A stretch of 64,000 nt of DNA, taken from the NCBI GenBank assembly GCA_964252035.1, contig OZ176201.1. One strand, given 5' to 3'. Positions 23,689 through 36,922 of this stretch are shown here, piece by piece. Below the pieces are notes generated by a model, which was not told where the DNA came from, ran no database searches, and saw only the letters and a list, made by a program, of their open reading frames with translations. Made by a program: the position numbers and the translations under genes. The stretch comes from Podarcis erhardii. Lineage: Eukaryota. Within the stretch, counting starts at the first letter, position 1; every line of letters starts with the position of its first letter.

Positions 23689-26600
23689 CCTACCAGATTC
23701 AGTATTTACAAATTGTAATTGAGAAGCACAAAGCACAGAAGGGAATAGGAAAAAATGTGACAACCGAGGAGGGGGGCAGAAAGGAACCTAAAATCCACAT
23801 TTGAAAATATTTGAATATAATTTTATATAAAATGTATTGAGGGGAATATTCACAGAAGCTTAGCTAAGGGGGGAAATACAGATTCAGAATGACATTTGGG
23901 ATAGTCTGCACCAGGAACTAATTGGACTGTCTCTCCAAGAGATAACCACACAAACACCCAGTTCAGAAAGATGTCCATGTTGCTGAAAAACTCTAGCCTC
24001 TCTCCATTCTCTGCCACAGTGGAAACACGGTGACCCTAAGAAGGTGTTTTTGTCCTCGACTACCTGGACTGGGAGAACTTTGGGGCAGAGACTACCTTTG
24101 GTTCTGCATTTGCTCACTGCCTAGCACAGCAGGGCCCTGAGCACAAACAGGGTTGCTCTGTAATAGAAACAGTAATGTCACCATCATGCTGGGACTAATT
24201 CTCGCTCCTTCTGACTCTATTTGCACGGGGCTGTGCATGGATCAATATAAGCCAATGCACTTGCCAGCTGATAAATTATCCTCACACAGCTTAGAGCCAC
24301 GGCTAAGGTGTAACCCTTTATCTACCTGGCATGTAGGTCTGAAATTGGATGCAGGTCATCAAGCCTTTAGCAAGGAGATAAGGCTTCAAAGTAAAGGCAG
24401 ATCAGAGAATCAACCACCAACAGTTGTCATCCACAGAGTACTGGGTTTCCTCAAGCTGTGCTTTCCAGCCTTGCTGGATTTCACTGGGCAATACAAGGGA
24501 GCAAGAGGAAAACAAGCAGGCCAGAGCTTAGCTCTTAGTTGTTACCTGTCGATAGAATAGGGACACTGACATCAGGGTATATGGAGAAAGGTCTCCCCCA
24601 CCCACCCACTGCAATGTGTGTCAATGAGAGCTGTATGTTTTTATTTTTACTAGGATTCCACAGAATGCGCAAGTATGTACACAATGTGTGCTCTGCCGCC
24701 TAACCTTGATCAGAGAGCAGAATCAACATGCAGCTTGGTTAAAATCATCATTGTTCTGGATGAAAGCTAGATTTGATGCCAATATGAAGGGAGGGAGCTT
24801 AGAAATCAGAATGCAAATAACAAGATTCCCTAAATTCTTGCATTTTGCCAGTCAACTGACAGACTGAAATACCTGGGCAAAAGTGAAGAGTTCAGGCTGA
24901 GTCTTCTCTTGGACCATTCATGAATAATTATTGCTGGAATACACACACACTTACTGTGTCAGGCTAATGGTCTCTCTGGCCTCATTTTTATCTCTAACAT
25001 GCCTCATACTTAAACAGGTGTATAGCAGAAAATACGGTTGCCAATAATCTGGTACAAGGGGTACTGATATACTGGACTCTCAGCCAACAGAAAGATAAGA
25101 CTCTGAGCTTTCTTTTTTTAAGGGCAATTCTCTAGCCCTCCTAGAAAGAAAGTTATGAAGCAAAATGTACAGGTAATCTTCTAAACAATTCTTGTGACAT
25201 AAGCCAGCTTGGCTGCTCCTGCCAGTCAATGGTTTTAGCCAATGAGTGAAGTCAGAAGTGTGATTTACAAGTGAGTTGTTTGGACAGCAGGCCATAGGAA
25301 TTCTTGGGATCCTCGAAAGCTACTGTTTTCCCCTCTCGTTTAGTGCACTTTTCCTGTTTCATTCTTATATTCAAGTAGTCCATGATATCTCCATAGTTTG
25401 CCCTTCTTCTCCCCCTAGCAATCAGGACGCATCTTTCCTGTGATGGGTTTGTCTGAGATCAAGCACTCCCTGTAAGTTACTATCTGCAAATACTACTGCA
25501 AAATAGGTGGGTGTGGGTGTTAAAATAATAGCCCTTTCCAATAGCAAATGCAAAATGCGAAAACTTTGCATAGAGGCTTAGGCATATTTCCTGCTGTGCA
25601 GGACTTACAGACATCCATTAAGAATTCACTGTGCAGTTAACATACATGTCTACACAGAAGCTTCATGTTAGGTGGGGCTTGCTTCCAGGTAAGTGGTTAC
25701 AGAACTGCAGCCTAGGCTTTGGGTTGGCATTGGGGGAAAGCAGGGTTCTTGTGACCTTAACAGCTGTGTGGCAGGCAGAAATTCAACAGCTTAAGACTAC
25801 TATGGGAATATAATTATGGGGGAAAGCCTCCCCTATCCTCATTCTGCTTGTCAAGACATTTTATTATGTGCATGGCCACTGATTTATTTTTGGACCCTCC
25901 ACTCACCTGCAAAAGAGAATTCAAATTTGCATATGACACAGCACATGCAAATGTTATGCAAATATTTTGTGTCTTCGTTTGTGAGTGGGTCAGAGGGCCC
26001 AATCCACATTCAGTGTACTGGTTCCAGAGAACCCAGCTGGCACCCCTGACAGCAAAGGATACTAACAGAATTGTTAAGTCCTTATCAATCAATGGCAGCT
26101 TCTGACAGCCTAATGTTTAGGGTCAGCATCTGCAACAAAATGAGTGGCCTAACCATCGTAGTTAACAGCTGCTGATAACATCTTCCACAACTCTGTCTTG
26201 GCCCCTTTTTAACCAATTATACAATTGCCTGTCACCATATCTGCTGGATAGATATTAAATGAAAAAGGAAACCACTCAGTTCCATGAATAATGTTATATG
26301 TATGTCACCAAAATCTCCTACAAGCTTAGTTGTCTCTATTCTAAACAAAAGGGGTGTCCTTTAGCTTTCACTTCTTGGTGTGAGCATATATTTACTGCTC
26401 TTGCCTGATCTTTTCCCAATTCTGTTACACCATTTTTCTTTCATTTTTTCAAGCAGAGCGGCTGAGTTGTGCACCATCTCAAAATACTCCAATTCAGCAA
26501 GATATAACCACATAGCACAGCAGGGACACATCTATACAGCTGATGCAGGCACAGATCCACATTTGGATGCATATTTTAAAATCTACTGCAGTGCTCAGTT

Positions 26601-27034
26601 GAGCCCCACTGGATGTGGACAGGAATAGACATCCGTATCCAGGATCACTAGGTTTTGAGTGAGGCTAATGGCCAGAGCTGGATCAGAGCAATAAGGATAT
26701 TTTCTGTATTGTTTTCTAGCCCATTTTTATTAACACAAGCCCTAACACTCTATTTCCCATTTTGGTGACAAAAACACATTGTGCAATGCTACCATGTTAT
26801 GGAAATTATTCCAAGATCTATTCATTGAATACCGATAGCTCATTAAGAAGCCCAATAGGGTGGGAGATAATTTGTTCTTGTTGTTCCTAACTTTACACAC
26901 TGGGACTCAAGTCTTGTAAGGACCAAACTAGACATGAAATGAAGTTGCACTTCTCTTTCCCCTAATGGATTGTATTTATTTTTTTAAAAAAAGGAAAAGG
27001 AGCCTCTGAGGCTGTGATCAGGAGACACAGGAGT

Positions 27035-27044
27035 GGGGGGGGGG

Positions 27045-27082
<38 letters not shown>
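27035..27082 (+). repeat. Poly-G followed by (GA)n
   Basis: G-run, then a GA run. Confidence 0.95.
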
Positions 27083-27085
<3 letters not shown>

Positions 27086-28089
27086 GCTTAACCCTTTCCC
27101 ATCAGGCTCTATCGTATCAATTGTGGAGAAAACAAAGCCTAATGGAAGAGCAATTTATCCACTTGTCCAATATATTTATGAGGCGCCCTAGAAAATAAGT
27201 TTTCTAAGCATCACAGAGGATTATAAAATGTAAGAATAAACCTACAGCAGCCCAAAAACTCATGATCAAGGGTATTCTTTTTTAAAAAATTAGGTCTTCA
27301 CAGGTTCACTTCTAGGTTTGTGGTTATCATTATGGGGGAACTCTGACATCAAGAGAGTCCCCAATTGCCCCACATGGTTTCCTACATACACTCTATAACA
27401 TCTGGGAGTGCTTTGGTTCACCTATCCCAGCAACCAATTATTTAATGCCTCTCTCCCTCCACACACCATGGATTCAAATCCCTCTTTAAAACATTCCTCT
27501 TCCATAGAAGTCATTAGCTCAGCCTTTCCCAAACTTCAGATTTCCTGTCAGTGGCTGGGGCTGGAGGGCATCAGTATGGGGGAAGCCAGTGTTAGTTCAT
27601 CCCTTTAGCTTTCGTCTCCCAATAAAACTAACCCTAAGCAAGTGCAATCGCCCTTGCACGTTTCCTCCAGTTACGCATGGCTCTGTCACTATCTCCTCCC
27701 ACGGTTCTTACTCCCTTGGTTGAAATTTAGACGTGGTGGAGCAAAGACTGTGAACATTGATGGCTATGTTAACGTACTTGGTGGACGCACCTAGTCTGGC
27801 CTCGGTTTCTTCTTGCTCTGATAACATCCACATTAGATTTCTGCAATGTGTTGTATGTGGGGATGCCTTTGAAGATTGCTTAGAAATGGCACTTAGTGCA
27901 GAATGCAATAGTCAGGTTATCAACAGGAGTTGTAAAACCACTCCACTGACTGATGGTGCATTTCCAAGCTAAATTCAAAATCCTGGTTCTTACCTAGATT
28001 TATATGGCTTAGGATATGGGGACCACATCAATCTGCCCACATGCTAAGATCACATTTGGTGGCTCTTTTCTGGCTAACTCACCTTCAGT

Positions 28090-28560
28090 GATTATTCGGT
28101 GGGGTCTGCTGGTGAACTAACAGGGAGAGGACCTTCTCAGTTGTGGTACTTTCCTGGTACCGGTTCATTAGAGCCAACAGGGCACTGCCAGCTTCTTCCT
28201 CCAGTCTCAGGTTTGCCCTTGTAGAACTCAGAAGGGAGTGCGACAAAATGAGAATTTGCTGGCTCCACCTGTCATTGGCTCCACCTACTGTTGCCTGCCC
28301 TGCCTTCTGCCCTACTAGTCTCAGTGGGCACAACTGTTTCCCTGGCATCAACTCTTATGTCTTTTTGGCACAAGTCAAAGATAAGCCATGCCTTTTAACA
28401 TCTCTGCTGCATTTGGCTTTTATCTGCTACGTGCTGCAGGTTTATGTTTTTACAGCTCTGCAATTTTATTGTGGTTAGTTGCATTATTGATTTTATTCTT
28501 TTAATTGTTCTCACTTTGTAATCCACCCTAGAAGAGATAATGTGAAATGGTGGCAGATTG
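28090..28560 (+). mobile_element. L2 3' end with an internal GC-richer insert (about 28165-28345)
   Basis: CAGGGAGAGGACCTTCTCAGTTGTGG on the left and an L2-type tail (TTTGTAATCCACCCTAG...GGTGGCAGA) on the right. Confidence 0.5.
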
Positions 28561-29454
28561 GCGCACACATGCACCTACATGTACACTGGACCCAAAATCT
28601 TTAGGGGCAAGACTGAAGATCCCTTATGTGGCAATTTATATATAAACTGCCCCAGGTCTTGTTCTGACAGGCAAATGACACTATGAGCCCTGCGATGTTT
28701 TCTTGAGAAATCAGACCCCAAAGTGTGGCTTCCTTGATCATTGAGGCCCATGCAATTAAACCTGGCTGCCAGAACTCTGATCCAGTCAATCCGCCCATCA
28801 GGCTTCTCTTTTGCCACTAGTAGAGTTGCCTGACAGATGAAATGAGGAATGCACCTTAAACACTGAACTCCTTGAGATCCATCCAAAGTATTTAGGATTC
28901 ATTCAATCTGAGTACTCAGGGCCCTTAGGAATAGCTTGCTCGCTTCAGATGAAGCATTTTAAGAAACCAATTTACTGCAAAATAAGGATGCTGTTTACAA
29001 AAGAAGACCTGGAATATGCTGGAGCAAAAGGAAAGCAAAAGGTCTACAAAACACACACAAGGAAAATATAACTCCTAGTTTAACACTTAGATTACATTAC
29101 ATTCCTAATCCTGAATTCAGACTAGTGTGGCCCCCTCCAAATGTTGTTGGGCTAAACTCCCAATACCCTGTAAGTAGTTTCTGCATGAATAAAGCCTTTG
29201 AACTCCAGAAACTGTAAATCATTATTCCAATCTAATTCACCCAGGCTACAGGTCTGCTAACAAAATAGAGGCATGTTAATGAGTGGCTCTCATATTTAGA
29301 AACTGGGTGTATGGCTTGAAGGAGTGGATTCCTAGTTTGAGGATACTCCTGCAGAGCTGGTTTTGCTGTCAAAGAGTCTCTTTGACCATCTCTAGCTGGT
29401 GCACTAGCTTTGGTTATTTCTGGTACAGGACAGTCTTTGCACCTAGGGACTAGA

Positions 29455-29995
29455 TAACTGTAATGTGCCCTACATGGGGTTTCCCTTGAAGACAGTCCAG
29501 AAACTGCATCCAGTGAAGATTGCTGTTGCTTTGACAGGTGCTTCAGCAGGAAGTCATTTTATGGGATCTGCACTTGTTGCCTGCACTGGACTCAATTTAA
29601 GAAGTCAGTGTTAATTTTTAAAGACTTAAAAGGTCTGGGGCCCAGCTATTTGTCAGAGCACCTCCTCCCACATCTGCTTGCCCAGATCCTGGGACCCTGC
29701 TCATTGTCCCTCCAGTAAGCATAGCTTTCTGGGGCAAGGCCTACTGTTGTGGTGCCCCACCTGTGGAAGATGACATTTTTGTTGGCATTCCATTGCCACA
29801 TAAAACACTATCTATTCTCCTGGGCTTTTGGAGGAAACTAATTGAGATTGTCAAAGACCATGTCTTATTTGATGCTACTCTGTTTCATGATTACTGGTTC
29901 TATTGCTGATTGTGCTTTAATTGTTGTTTATACTGTTTTCATATCATGTTGGAAACCACCTTGTGATCACTTGTATAATGGAGGGTGGTACAGAT
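29455..29995 (+). mobile_element. L2 LINE 3' region
   Basis: GATAACTGTAATG...CCCTTGAAGACAGTCCAGAAACTGCA (L2 LDYCN...LPLKT.RKLQ motif) through to an L2-type tail. Confidence 0.7.
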
Positions 29996-32689
29996 GAGAC
30001 CAATAGTGGGACCAACAGTCAATAAGGCAGTCACTGCATGTGCTGTAGAGGGAAATGAGGGGCAGATGGGGTTCATCAACCTGGAAAGGTAGCCCATAAG
30101 GGAGAAGAAGGATGTTTTGTATGCCTCCTTCCGGCAATTCCTGCAGCCAAGAGGGGTGATTCTGTTGTCTGGGCAGCCCAGAACTTCCATATACACTGCC
30201 CTGTAGAACTATAGCAATAGTCTTAATAACTAAATACAATTTAGCTAAGCACAATTGTGCACATTTATGCACATGTGGAAAGCAATGTGGCTTCCAAAAA
30301 TATATAATCAGAGAAGACATACAGATGTGCAACTCACATAGTAGTTTACACAGGTATAAACTTGTTTCCAGACAATGAGGTCTCTCTGTGTGTGTTTTTT
30401 AAAGTTATTTGTGAAGTGACCCTAATTGGTTTGAGCATGAGTTTTTGTATGGGATAGAGGGCCTTTGACCGTCAATTACCATCTGTGCCCTGAAGCATGA
30501 TGATTTATCACTGTGCTCAGGGTTCATCAGCATGAATTATTTTGTCCCTGGATAATTCATTTGCTCACATGCACACTGCTGATTCTTCTTGGAATCTAGA
30601 CACTTTCCCTGTGAAAGCAGGCTCCTTAGGGAAATTAAAAGGAGTGAAAGTCGCTTTATATGGTCACCTGATCAGATCGTTTGCCAAGGTGTGTGTTGTG
30701 TGGTTCTTTTATTGTCTTTGGTGACTCCCATGAACACAGAGGAATTCACACACAGTCAATGTAGAGCAGATGATCTCTTGACTGTGAGATTTAGGATGGC
30801 CACTTATTTATGCATTGCCAGAAAAGAGAAAATGCATCACCGGAGCATGACTTACATCCAATGTCCACAGGCTGGTTTCTATTGATGCAAACGCAGAAGT
30901 AATTACCATAATCTAAACAGAAACCAGCATCTCACCATAGTGCAGGAGTTTGTGACCAGATGACCTCAGTCTGCTGCTCGTGTCCTAACTGCTGATATGA
31001 CTCTTCGGGGCCCTGTTGCTCTCTCTCAAGAGTTCTTTAAAATGGATTGGGGCAGGACTGCCTTCCAGACAGAGGATGCATTCAAAGAGAGGACTATCAG
31101 TTCTTCAAATAGAGAAGTGTTCTCAGTAAGGTAGGCCACCCAATGCGAGATGCTGTGATGAGCGACCAGTTTCGTCTCAGGCTCAGAGTGCTCCTCCTTG
31201 GGGCTACTAGACCTCCTCCTTCTTCACTTATGGACTGCACTGGAGGTAGAACCAAATCACTCCTCCAGTTCCTTGCAGTTGCAACAACCCCTTTAGCATA
31301 CGAAGATTTACTTAATTACACCAGTAGTGCTATATGTCATGATAGTTAGCTATTGCGTGCAATGCAGGAGGCATATCCAATCTATCCATACAGCTCCTCA
31401 AGGGCTTTTTTGATAAGCAGGCAGGTCCTGCCATAATTCCAATGTTTACACATGCTGACACCAAGAAGCGCGTGTGTTTGTGTTTATACAAGCACAAACT
31501 GATAGGGCAGCCACATCAAGGATGGATACCTGTTGTGCTCAGCACGGCTGCTCTTCCATCTTTTGTTTAGAACAGGTGGAAAAATCTTATCGAGGTGTTT
31601 TATTAGCTCGCAGATTTTGCAGCAAGAGAGCCAACAGGCTATGGCTTATGCCAGCAACACAGAAGGAATTTCTAAGAGGTACTAGGTGGAAAATGCCTGG
31701 CTTTTGTTTCTGACTCAAGATTTCTGCCAGCCCTTCAGGGTCTTGCTTGTGATGACAGAAGAACTGCAAGGCGAGATGGCAGAAGTGCAACAAACTCAGC
31801 AAGTTTGGATACGGACATTGTCCTGGAGTCATTGGCCCTGATCCAACACCATCTTAGGCACGCTTAAGCTCATTATATTCAGTGGGCTTAAACATGCCTA
31901 ACTGAGTGTAGGATTTAGGCATTTGTATGACAGCAGTCAAGCTGATCCTGTCTTGGCATGTTGGGGACAGAGATCGTCATTTATCCTCTATAAACGCTAT
32001 CTGCTCTGACCTCAACTTTAACGATGGCTTGTTGCATACTCAACTTTAATACAGAAATGTGTCCAGGTCCCAAAAAATTATGGAAAAACCACCTGTACAC
32101 CAGGAAGACACCACTAAAAAGGAGGAAAAGAGAACAAAAACCCCAGGTGCTTGAAAAAGGGGATGTTACAGGTTCTACGTCTTTCATAATGATCCTTCCT
32201 CAGGGGCAGGTTTTAAGTAGGAATTCTCACCAAGTACATAAACCACTACAGTAACTCATTTGGTAAATTAGTTGCTATAATGGTTTATGAACTTGGTAAG
32301 AATTGCTACTTAAAACCTACCCTTGAGGAAGGATCATTCTGAAATGCTTGGGGCCTGTAATAAACCCTTTTCCCCCAAACACCTGGAGTTTTTCCTCCTA
32401 TTTTCTCACCAAATTTATTTCCTGCCAAAACTATCTGCGGGTTGCTTTTATTTTTACTGATGTGGAAACTACATTAGTAGTTCATATCATAGTGACGTCT
32501 TCATTCAGCATAGCGTTGTGATCACATGAGAGGCACTTGTTTGATTCTTGGTGCTAAGGAAAGACATGCTGGAACAAAGTCAAGGAAAACTAAGCCTTCA
32601 AAAGGAGGTTGTTGTGGGAATACAGGCATGGTTTGAGCAGCCATGATATACTCCTGAGACTTCTTGTTGCACAGCTGGGTTGGACGGCT

Positions 32690-33190
32690 GGGTTGGCATC
32701 TGTCTGTCTCAGGGGACAATGAAGGAATGTGCCTTTGCGGGTGAAGTCAAAGTGTTGGAATGCCTGTTGTGGCTGCAGAGACCAATACGGGAGAGACATG
32801 CTTTGTTGCAGCTGGGGCAGCTGAAGGTGTCCGGTTCTGCTGCTGCAGATGTTTCATGGTGTGTCTGCACTCCTGCATCTCTGCACTCCTTCCAGTGGTC
32901 ATTCCTCTTCTGGTCACGGTTATGGATGCATGACCTGACTGTCTGCCTCTAGGCACTGCGATATCTGCCAGGCATTCCCACATGGCATGGTTGATGTCGC
33001 CAGCCTTCACATGACATTTTCGGACATCTTTGTAACACAGAGTTGGTCCTCCAATGGGCCTGGTGCCAGAAACCAGCTCCCTGCAGAGCATGTCCTTGGG
33101 GATCCTGCAATCTTCCATCCTGCCGACATGACCAAGTCAGCACAGGCGTCACTGAGACAGGAGTGTGAACATGCACAATGCACCTTAAAC
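32690..33190 (-). mobile_element. RTE-clade LINE 3' fragment, second subfamily
   Basis: Translates RMEDCRIPKDMLCRELVSGTRPIGGPTLCYKDV (RTE post-RT motif). The 3' end is shared with the 48585 copy. Confidence 0.82.
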
Positions 33191-35194
33191 TAAACACCTG
33201 AGAAAACAATAGCCATTGCCTCCTGTGAATGCAATCACAATAATACAGCCGAAATGGTGTCAAGTAATTCTCCTTATGGTGCCCTTCAGATCTTGCTGGA
33301 CTGCAGTTTCCATCATCCTTGACCATTGACCACGCTGGGTGGGACTGATGGGACTGAGGGCACCACACTGGCCATCTCTGCCCTCGAGGCTATCAAACAG
33401 ACATGAATATATTACTATGGTACTGCTCATACATGTTTTAAGAATAGCCGTACACAGTATTAGGGAGTATGGTATTTTTTTCCTAAGTAGGACAGCTTTC
33501 AGTGAAGTCGCATATCCCGGAGATTCCCTCAGAGGAAGTAGGCATACCCTCTGTACCAAGAACAGAGGCACTTCTGTGAGCGGGGAGAATGGACCCTCCT
33601 TCCATATGAATGTTCACATGAGGAAAGAGGACAGCAATGAGGGTATTACTCCCCTGCTAGGAACTTATAAGTTGTTGAACCAGTGCTAACAGTTCATTTG
33701 AACAAACAGCTCTAGGCATCAAAAGAAACACGCCTGACTGGCAATGGCCAAGGATTGGAACGCAAGTGCGCTGTTTGGTGTTGTTCACATCTCATTTTGA
33801 CGGTTCCCTGGCACAATATATGCCAAACCTTAAGCACAGGTTTGGCATGCGCTGTGCAAATACAGCTATCAAAATGTGCTAATTCTAATTCTAGAACAAA
33901 TAACATCTTCATTACAACAGCCCAGGAACAGTCTATGTGTACGAGGAGCACAAAAATAAAAAGATAGATGAGTGGGAAAGATGTAATCCCAGAAAGCAGG
34001 ATGTGTAGCCAAGCTCCGGAGAAGGTTTGCCAACTCATAAGTGGATGTATTAATCTGGTCAGAAATAAGTGTAAAGTGCAGCATTTTAATGCTGGTAGTA
34101 TCATCCATTGAGAACAACCGACAGGGTGAGAATCACAGAGCAGCAATATGCAATTTTTGCAAGCCACGAGTAGCTAGAGGAACGGGGAGAGGAAAACACA
34201 GCATAAAAATATGGGCTTCTCCAATTGTTGCTCTTCATGTTTTCTTTTGATTGTGTGATAAAGGAAGAGCAGTAAATGAGATACTCATTTCATTTCATGG
34301 CAAAATAATGAAAGTGTAAGATGCGAAGTATGAAAAGCCACATCAACAACGGAACTACAATCAAGTGCACAAAGAGGCTATATATACATACACAAACTCC
34401 ACTATCCAGGTTATGGGTTGTCGTTTTTCTTGCTGATGGCAGCAGCTTGGGAGGATGATGCAGTATCCCCCCTCAAAGAAACTGTAACTTGTTCTTGGAG
34501 AAGAACTACTGCTCCATAAGAATGGATTGCCCCAAAAAGCAAACAAATAAAAACATTGTCATGCAAGTACCTTGCTTTGATTCAATAGCACTTTCCATCT
34601 GCAGCTAAATCAGAGCTTCAGCTAAGCAATCTTGCTATTTTGTATTCTTCATATATGCTTGACTCAGTGTTCTGTTCCCTTTTCTCTAAAAAATATTCCA
34701 TTTTTAAATATAAAAAATGTTTGCCGTTCGTTACTCAGAAACCCAAACTACTTGGTTCTGTTTTACTTAAATAATAAGCCATTAGGAAGATGGACATTGG
34801 AGAGCCACAACATGTAAAATTAGAAGTCAGCTATGTAGTCTTCATCTCGCTTGCAGGTGCCACGTTTGCATCAACCAGCTATTCCTACCTGAAATTAAAA
34901 TTAAGCATGGGGCAATTGGGTAGCAGGTCCACTGACAGAGCTGGTGGCATAAGCAGTAGCTGCGACTCCAGCAATGACAGCATAAATACTGATTAGCCTA
35001 TTGGCATGTTAAAAACCATCTCAAGGGCTGGATCAGAGTGGGAGAGGCACAATCTGGCTGAGCATGATGAGACCGAGAGTCAGGATTTCCCCTGAATTTT
35101 CTGTAGGTGGGCAGGTGGGTTGGGGAAAATATTTGAGGGCTAGTGGAGAAGGGAGGCTGGATTCTTAGCCCTTGCATGGAGTGTGTGACTTATT

Positions 35195-35410
35195 TCTTTA
35201 TATATTGCATTTATATCCCACCTTTTTCTCCAAGGAGCTCAAGCTGCGTCGTCCCCACTTCCTCATTGAGTCCCCACAACAACCCTGCGAGGTCGGCTGA
35301 GAGCCAGTGACTGGCTCAAGGTCACCCAGGGAGCTTCATGACTAAGTGGGGATTTGAACCCTGGTTTCCCAGGTCCTAGTCAAAACTCTAACTGCTACAC
35401 CACACTAGCT
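35195..35410 (-). mobile_element. MIR/Ther1-like SINE with L2-type tail
   Basis: ACAACAACCCTGCGAGGT...AAGGTCACCCAGGGAGCTTCATG...GGGGATTTGAACCCTGG...CTACACCACACT is the reverse of a tRNA head plus core. Confidence 0.7.
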
Positions 35411-35809
35411 TGCATGTTTGTATGGCCTGCCCTTCTTAGAATGTGGATTTTTATCCTACCCCCAAGAAACTAACAAGGCATTTCCCTGATGATGAGAGGT
35501 GCTTCTTTCACCCACAAGGTGGGAAGTGGCTTGGGTGATCCAAAGGGTGCTTTTTAACATTGCACTGAGGAGATCAGACCACTGGCATGGATCTGTCTTG
35601 GCTCTGGTAATGCCATTCCAAGTGGCTCGTGGGCAGAGGGGGGGGGCATAGGAATCATACACAGGCAATGTTTGATCCATTATGGATTAGTGCTTTGCTG
35701 GGTTAGAGGAAGGATGGAAATTCTGGCTCTCAGAATTCTGACTACCCTCCTTGCGCATTTCTGCCTGGCCTACGTGTCCCCGAACCCCAATAATGCATTT
35801 TGCGGTCCT

Positions 35810-35988
35810 GGATGGCGTGCACGCAGAAACTAGCCTACTCTAGAGGCAAAAGTGGGCAGAGCAATGGGCATAAATTTAACCTTGTTAAATTTTTGCCTCT
35901 GGCCTTGCCCAGCACTGAGATCTGGCCCCTAAAAGGTTGCCCAGGAGGGAATGTCACCCTTGGGCAGAGAAAGGATTCTCCACCCCTG
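35810..35988. mobile_element. hAT-type MITE end, same family, with an internal micro-inversion
   Basis: Ends GGGAATGTCACCCTTGGGCAGAGAAAGGATTCTCCACCCCTG. Confidence 0.6.
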
Positions 35989-36167
35989 GGCCACAGCAAC
36001 CAGAACCTTTGCAGACGCAGAGAGCAGCCCTTTCTCTAAGCCAGAGCCTATCCAGAGGCAAAGGCACAACTGGGAGAAAAGCAGGCTCCTCCAACAAGGG
36101 GAGCTAATGCAAGTCCATATATAGCAGTTTGATCTGTAAGAGGTGTCCCTTCCACTCAAGGTTTGTC

Positions 36168-36168
<1 letters not shown>

Positions 36169-36214
<46 letters not shown>
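36169..36214 (+). repeat. (TTA)n microsatellite
   Basis: About 15 units. Confidence 0.97.
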
Positions 36215-36275
36215 TCAATTCAGCTTCCTAGTTGCTTCCATGGCCAATTCAAGGTGCTGGCTTTTACCTTTAGTT

Positions 36276-36470
36276 CATAGGAGCCAACTCCTAGGGGCTA
36301 AGGGGGCTTCACCCCCTCCCAATAAAATATTTGAAGGGACCAGCCCCCCCAAAAAGTTGATGGTCATTACCATTCAAATGGAGCATGTGCACCAACCACA
36401 TCATGTGATCGATTATGCAAGGCGAGGCCTACCTGGGCCCCCCAATATTTTATTCAAGTTGGCACCCCTG
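36276..36470. mobile_element. hAT-type MITE
   Basis: TIRs CATAGGAGCCAACT and AGTTGGCACCCCTG. Degenerate 8-bp TSD CTTTAGTT/CTTCAGTG. Confidence 0.65.
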
Positions 36471-36629
36471 CTTCAGTGACCTGGGTTCAAGTTTTCTTAA
36501 GAACCATCTCCTCCCATACAAACCCACCTGTTCCCTCTGGCCTTCTGTTGAGGCCCTGCTTGGTATTCACCCACCACCCGACGTGAAGTGAACCACAGCC
36601 TTTTCAATCATGGTACCTAGCCTCTGGAG

Positions 36630-36766
36630 TAGAGATGGGTGACTTGTGGCCCTCCAGATGCTGTGGGACTCCCATGAGTCCCCAGCCAGCAGGGCCAACA
36701 GTCAGGAACGGTGGGAGTTATTGTCCAGCAACATCAGGGTGTGTGGATATACATTCCCCACCCCAG
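36630..36766. mobile_element. Small (about 130 bp) hAT-type MITE
   Basis: Perfect 8-bp TSD CTCTGGAG at 36622-36629 and 36767-36774. Body GGCCCTCCAGATG...GGACT(A/C)CA... Confidence 0.8.
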
Positions 36767-36875
36767 CTCTGGAGGTTCTTCCTCAGGAAGGTAGTCACCT
36801 CATTGCTTCTCCTTTCCTCTTCTTGCATTTGAGGTGGGGCTCTTAGCCGGATTCTGATGCTGTTAGGTTTTTTTC

Positions 36876-36922
36876 CCTCCTCCTCCTCCTCCTCCTCCTC
36901 CTCCTCCTCCTCCTCCTCCTCC
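36876..36922 (+). repeat. (CCT)n microsatellite
   Basis: About 15 units. Confidence 0.97.

Noticed and set aside
24153-24560. Longer unassigned ORFs (also 33712-34167, 38218-38613, 54117-54536, 55168-55665, 60401-60805)
   Set aside because: No recognisable domain, non-ATG starts in several, and overlap with repeats. Such lengths are expected by chance in 64 kb.
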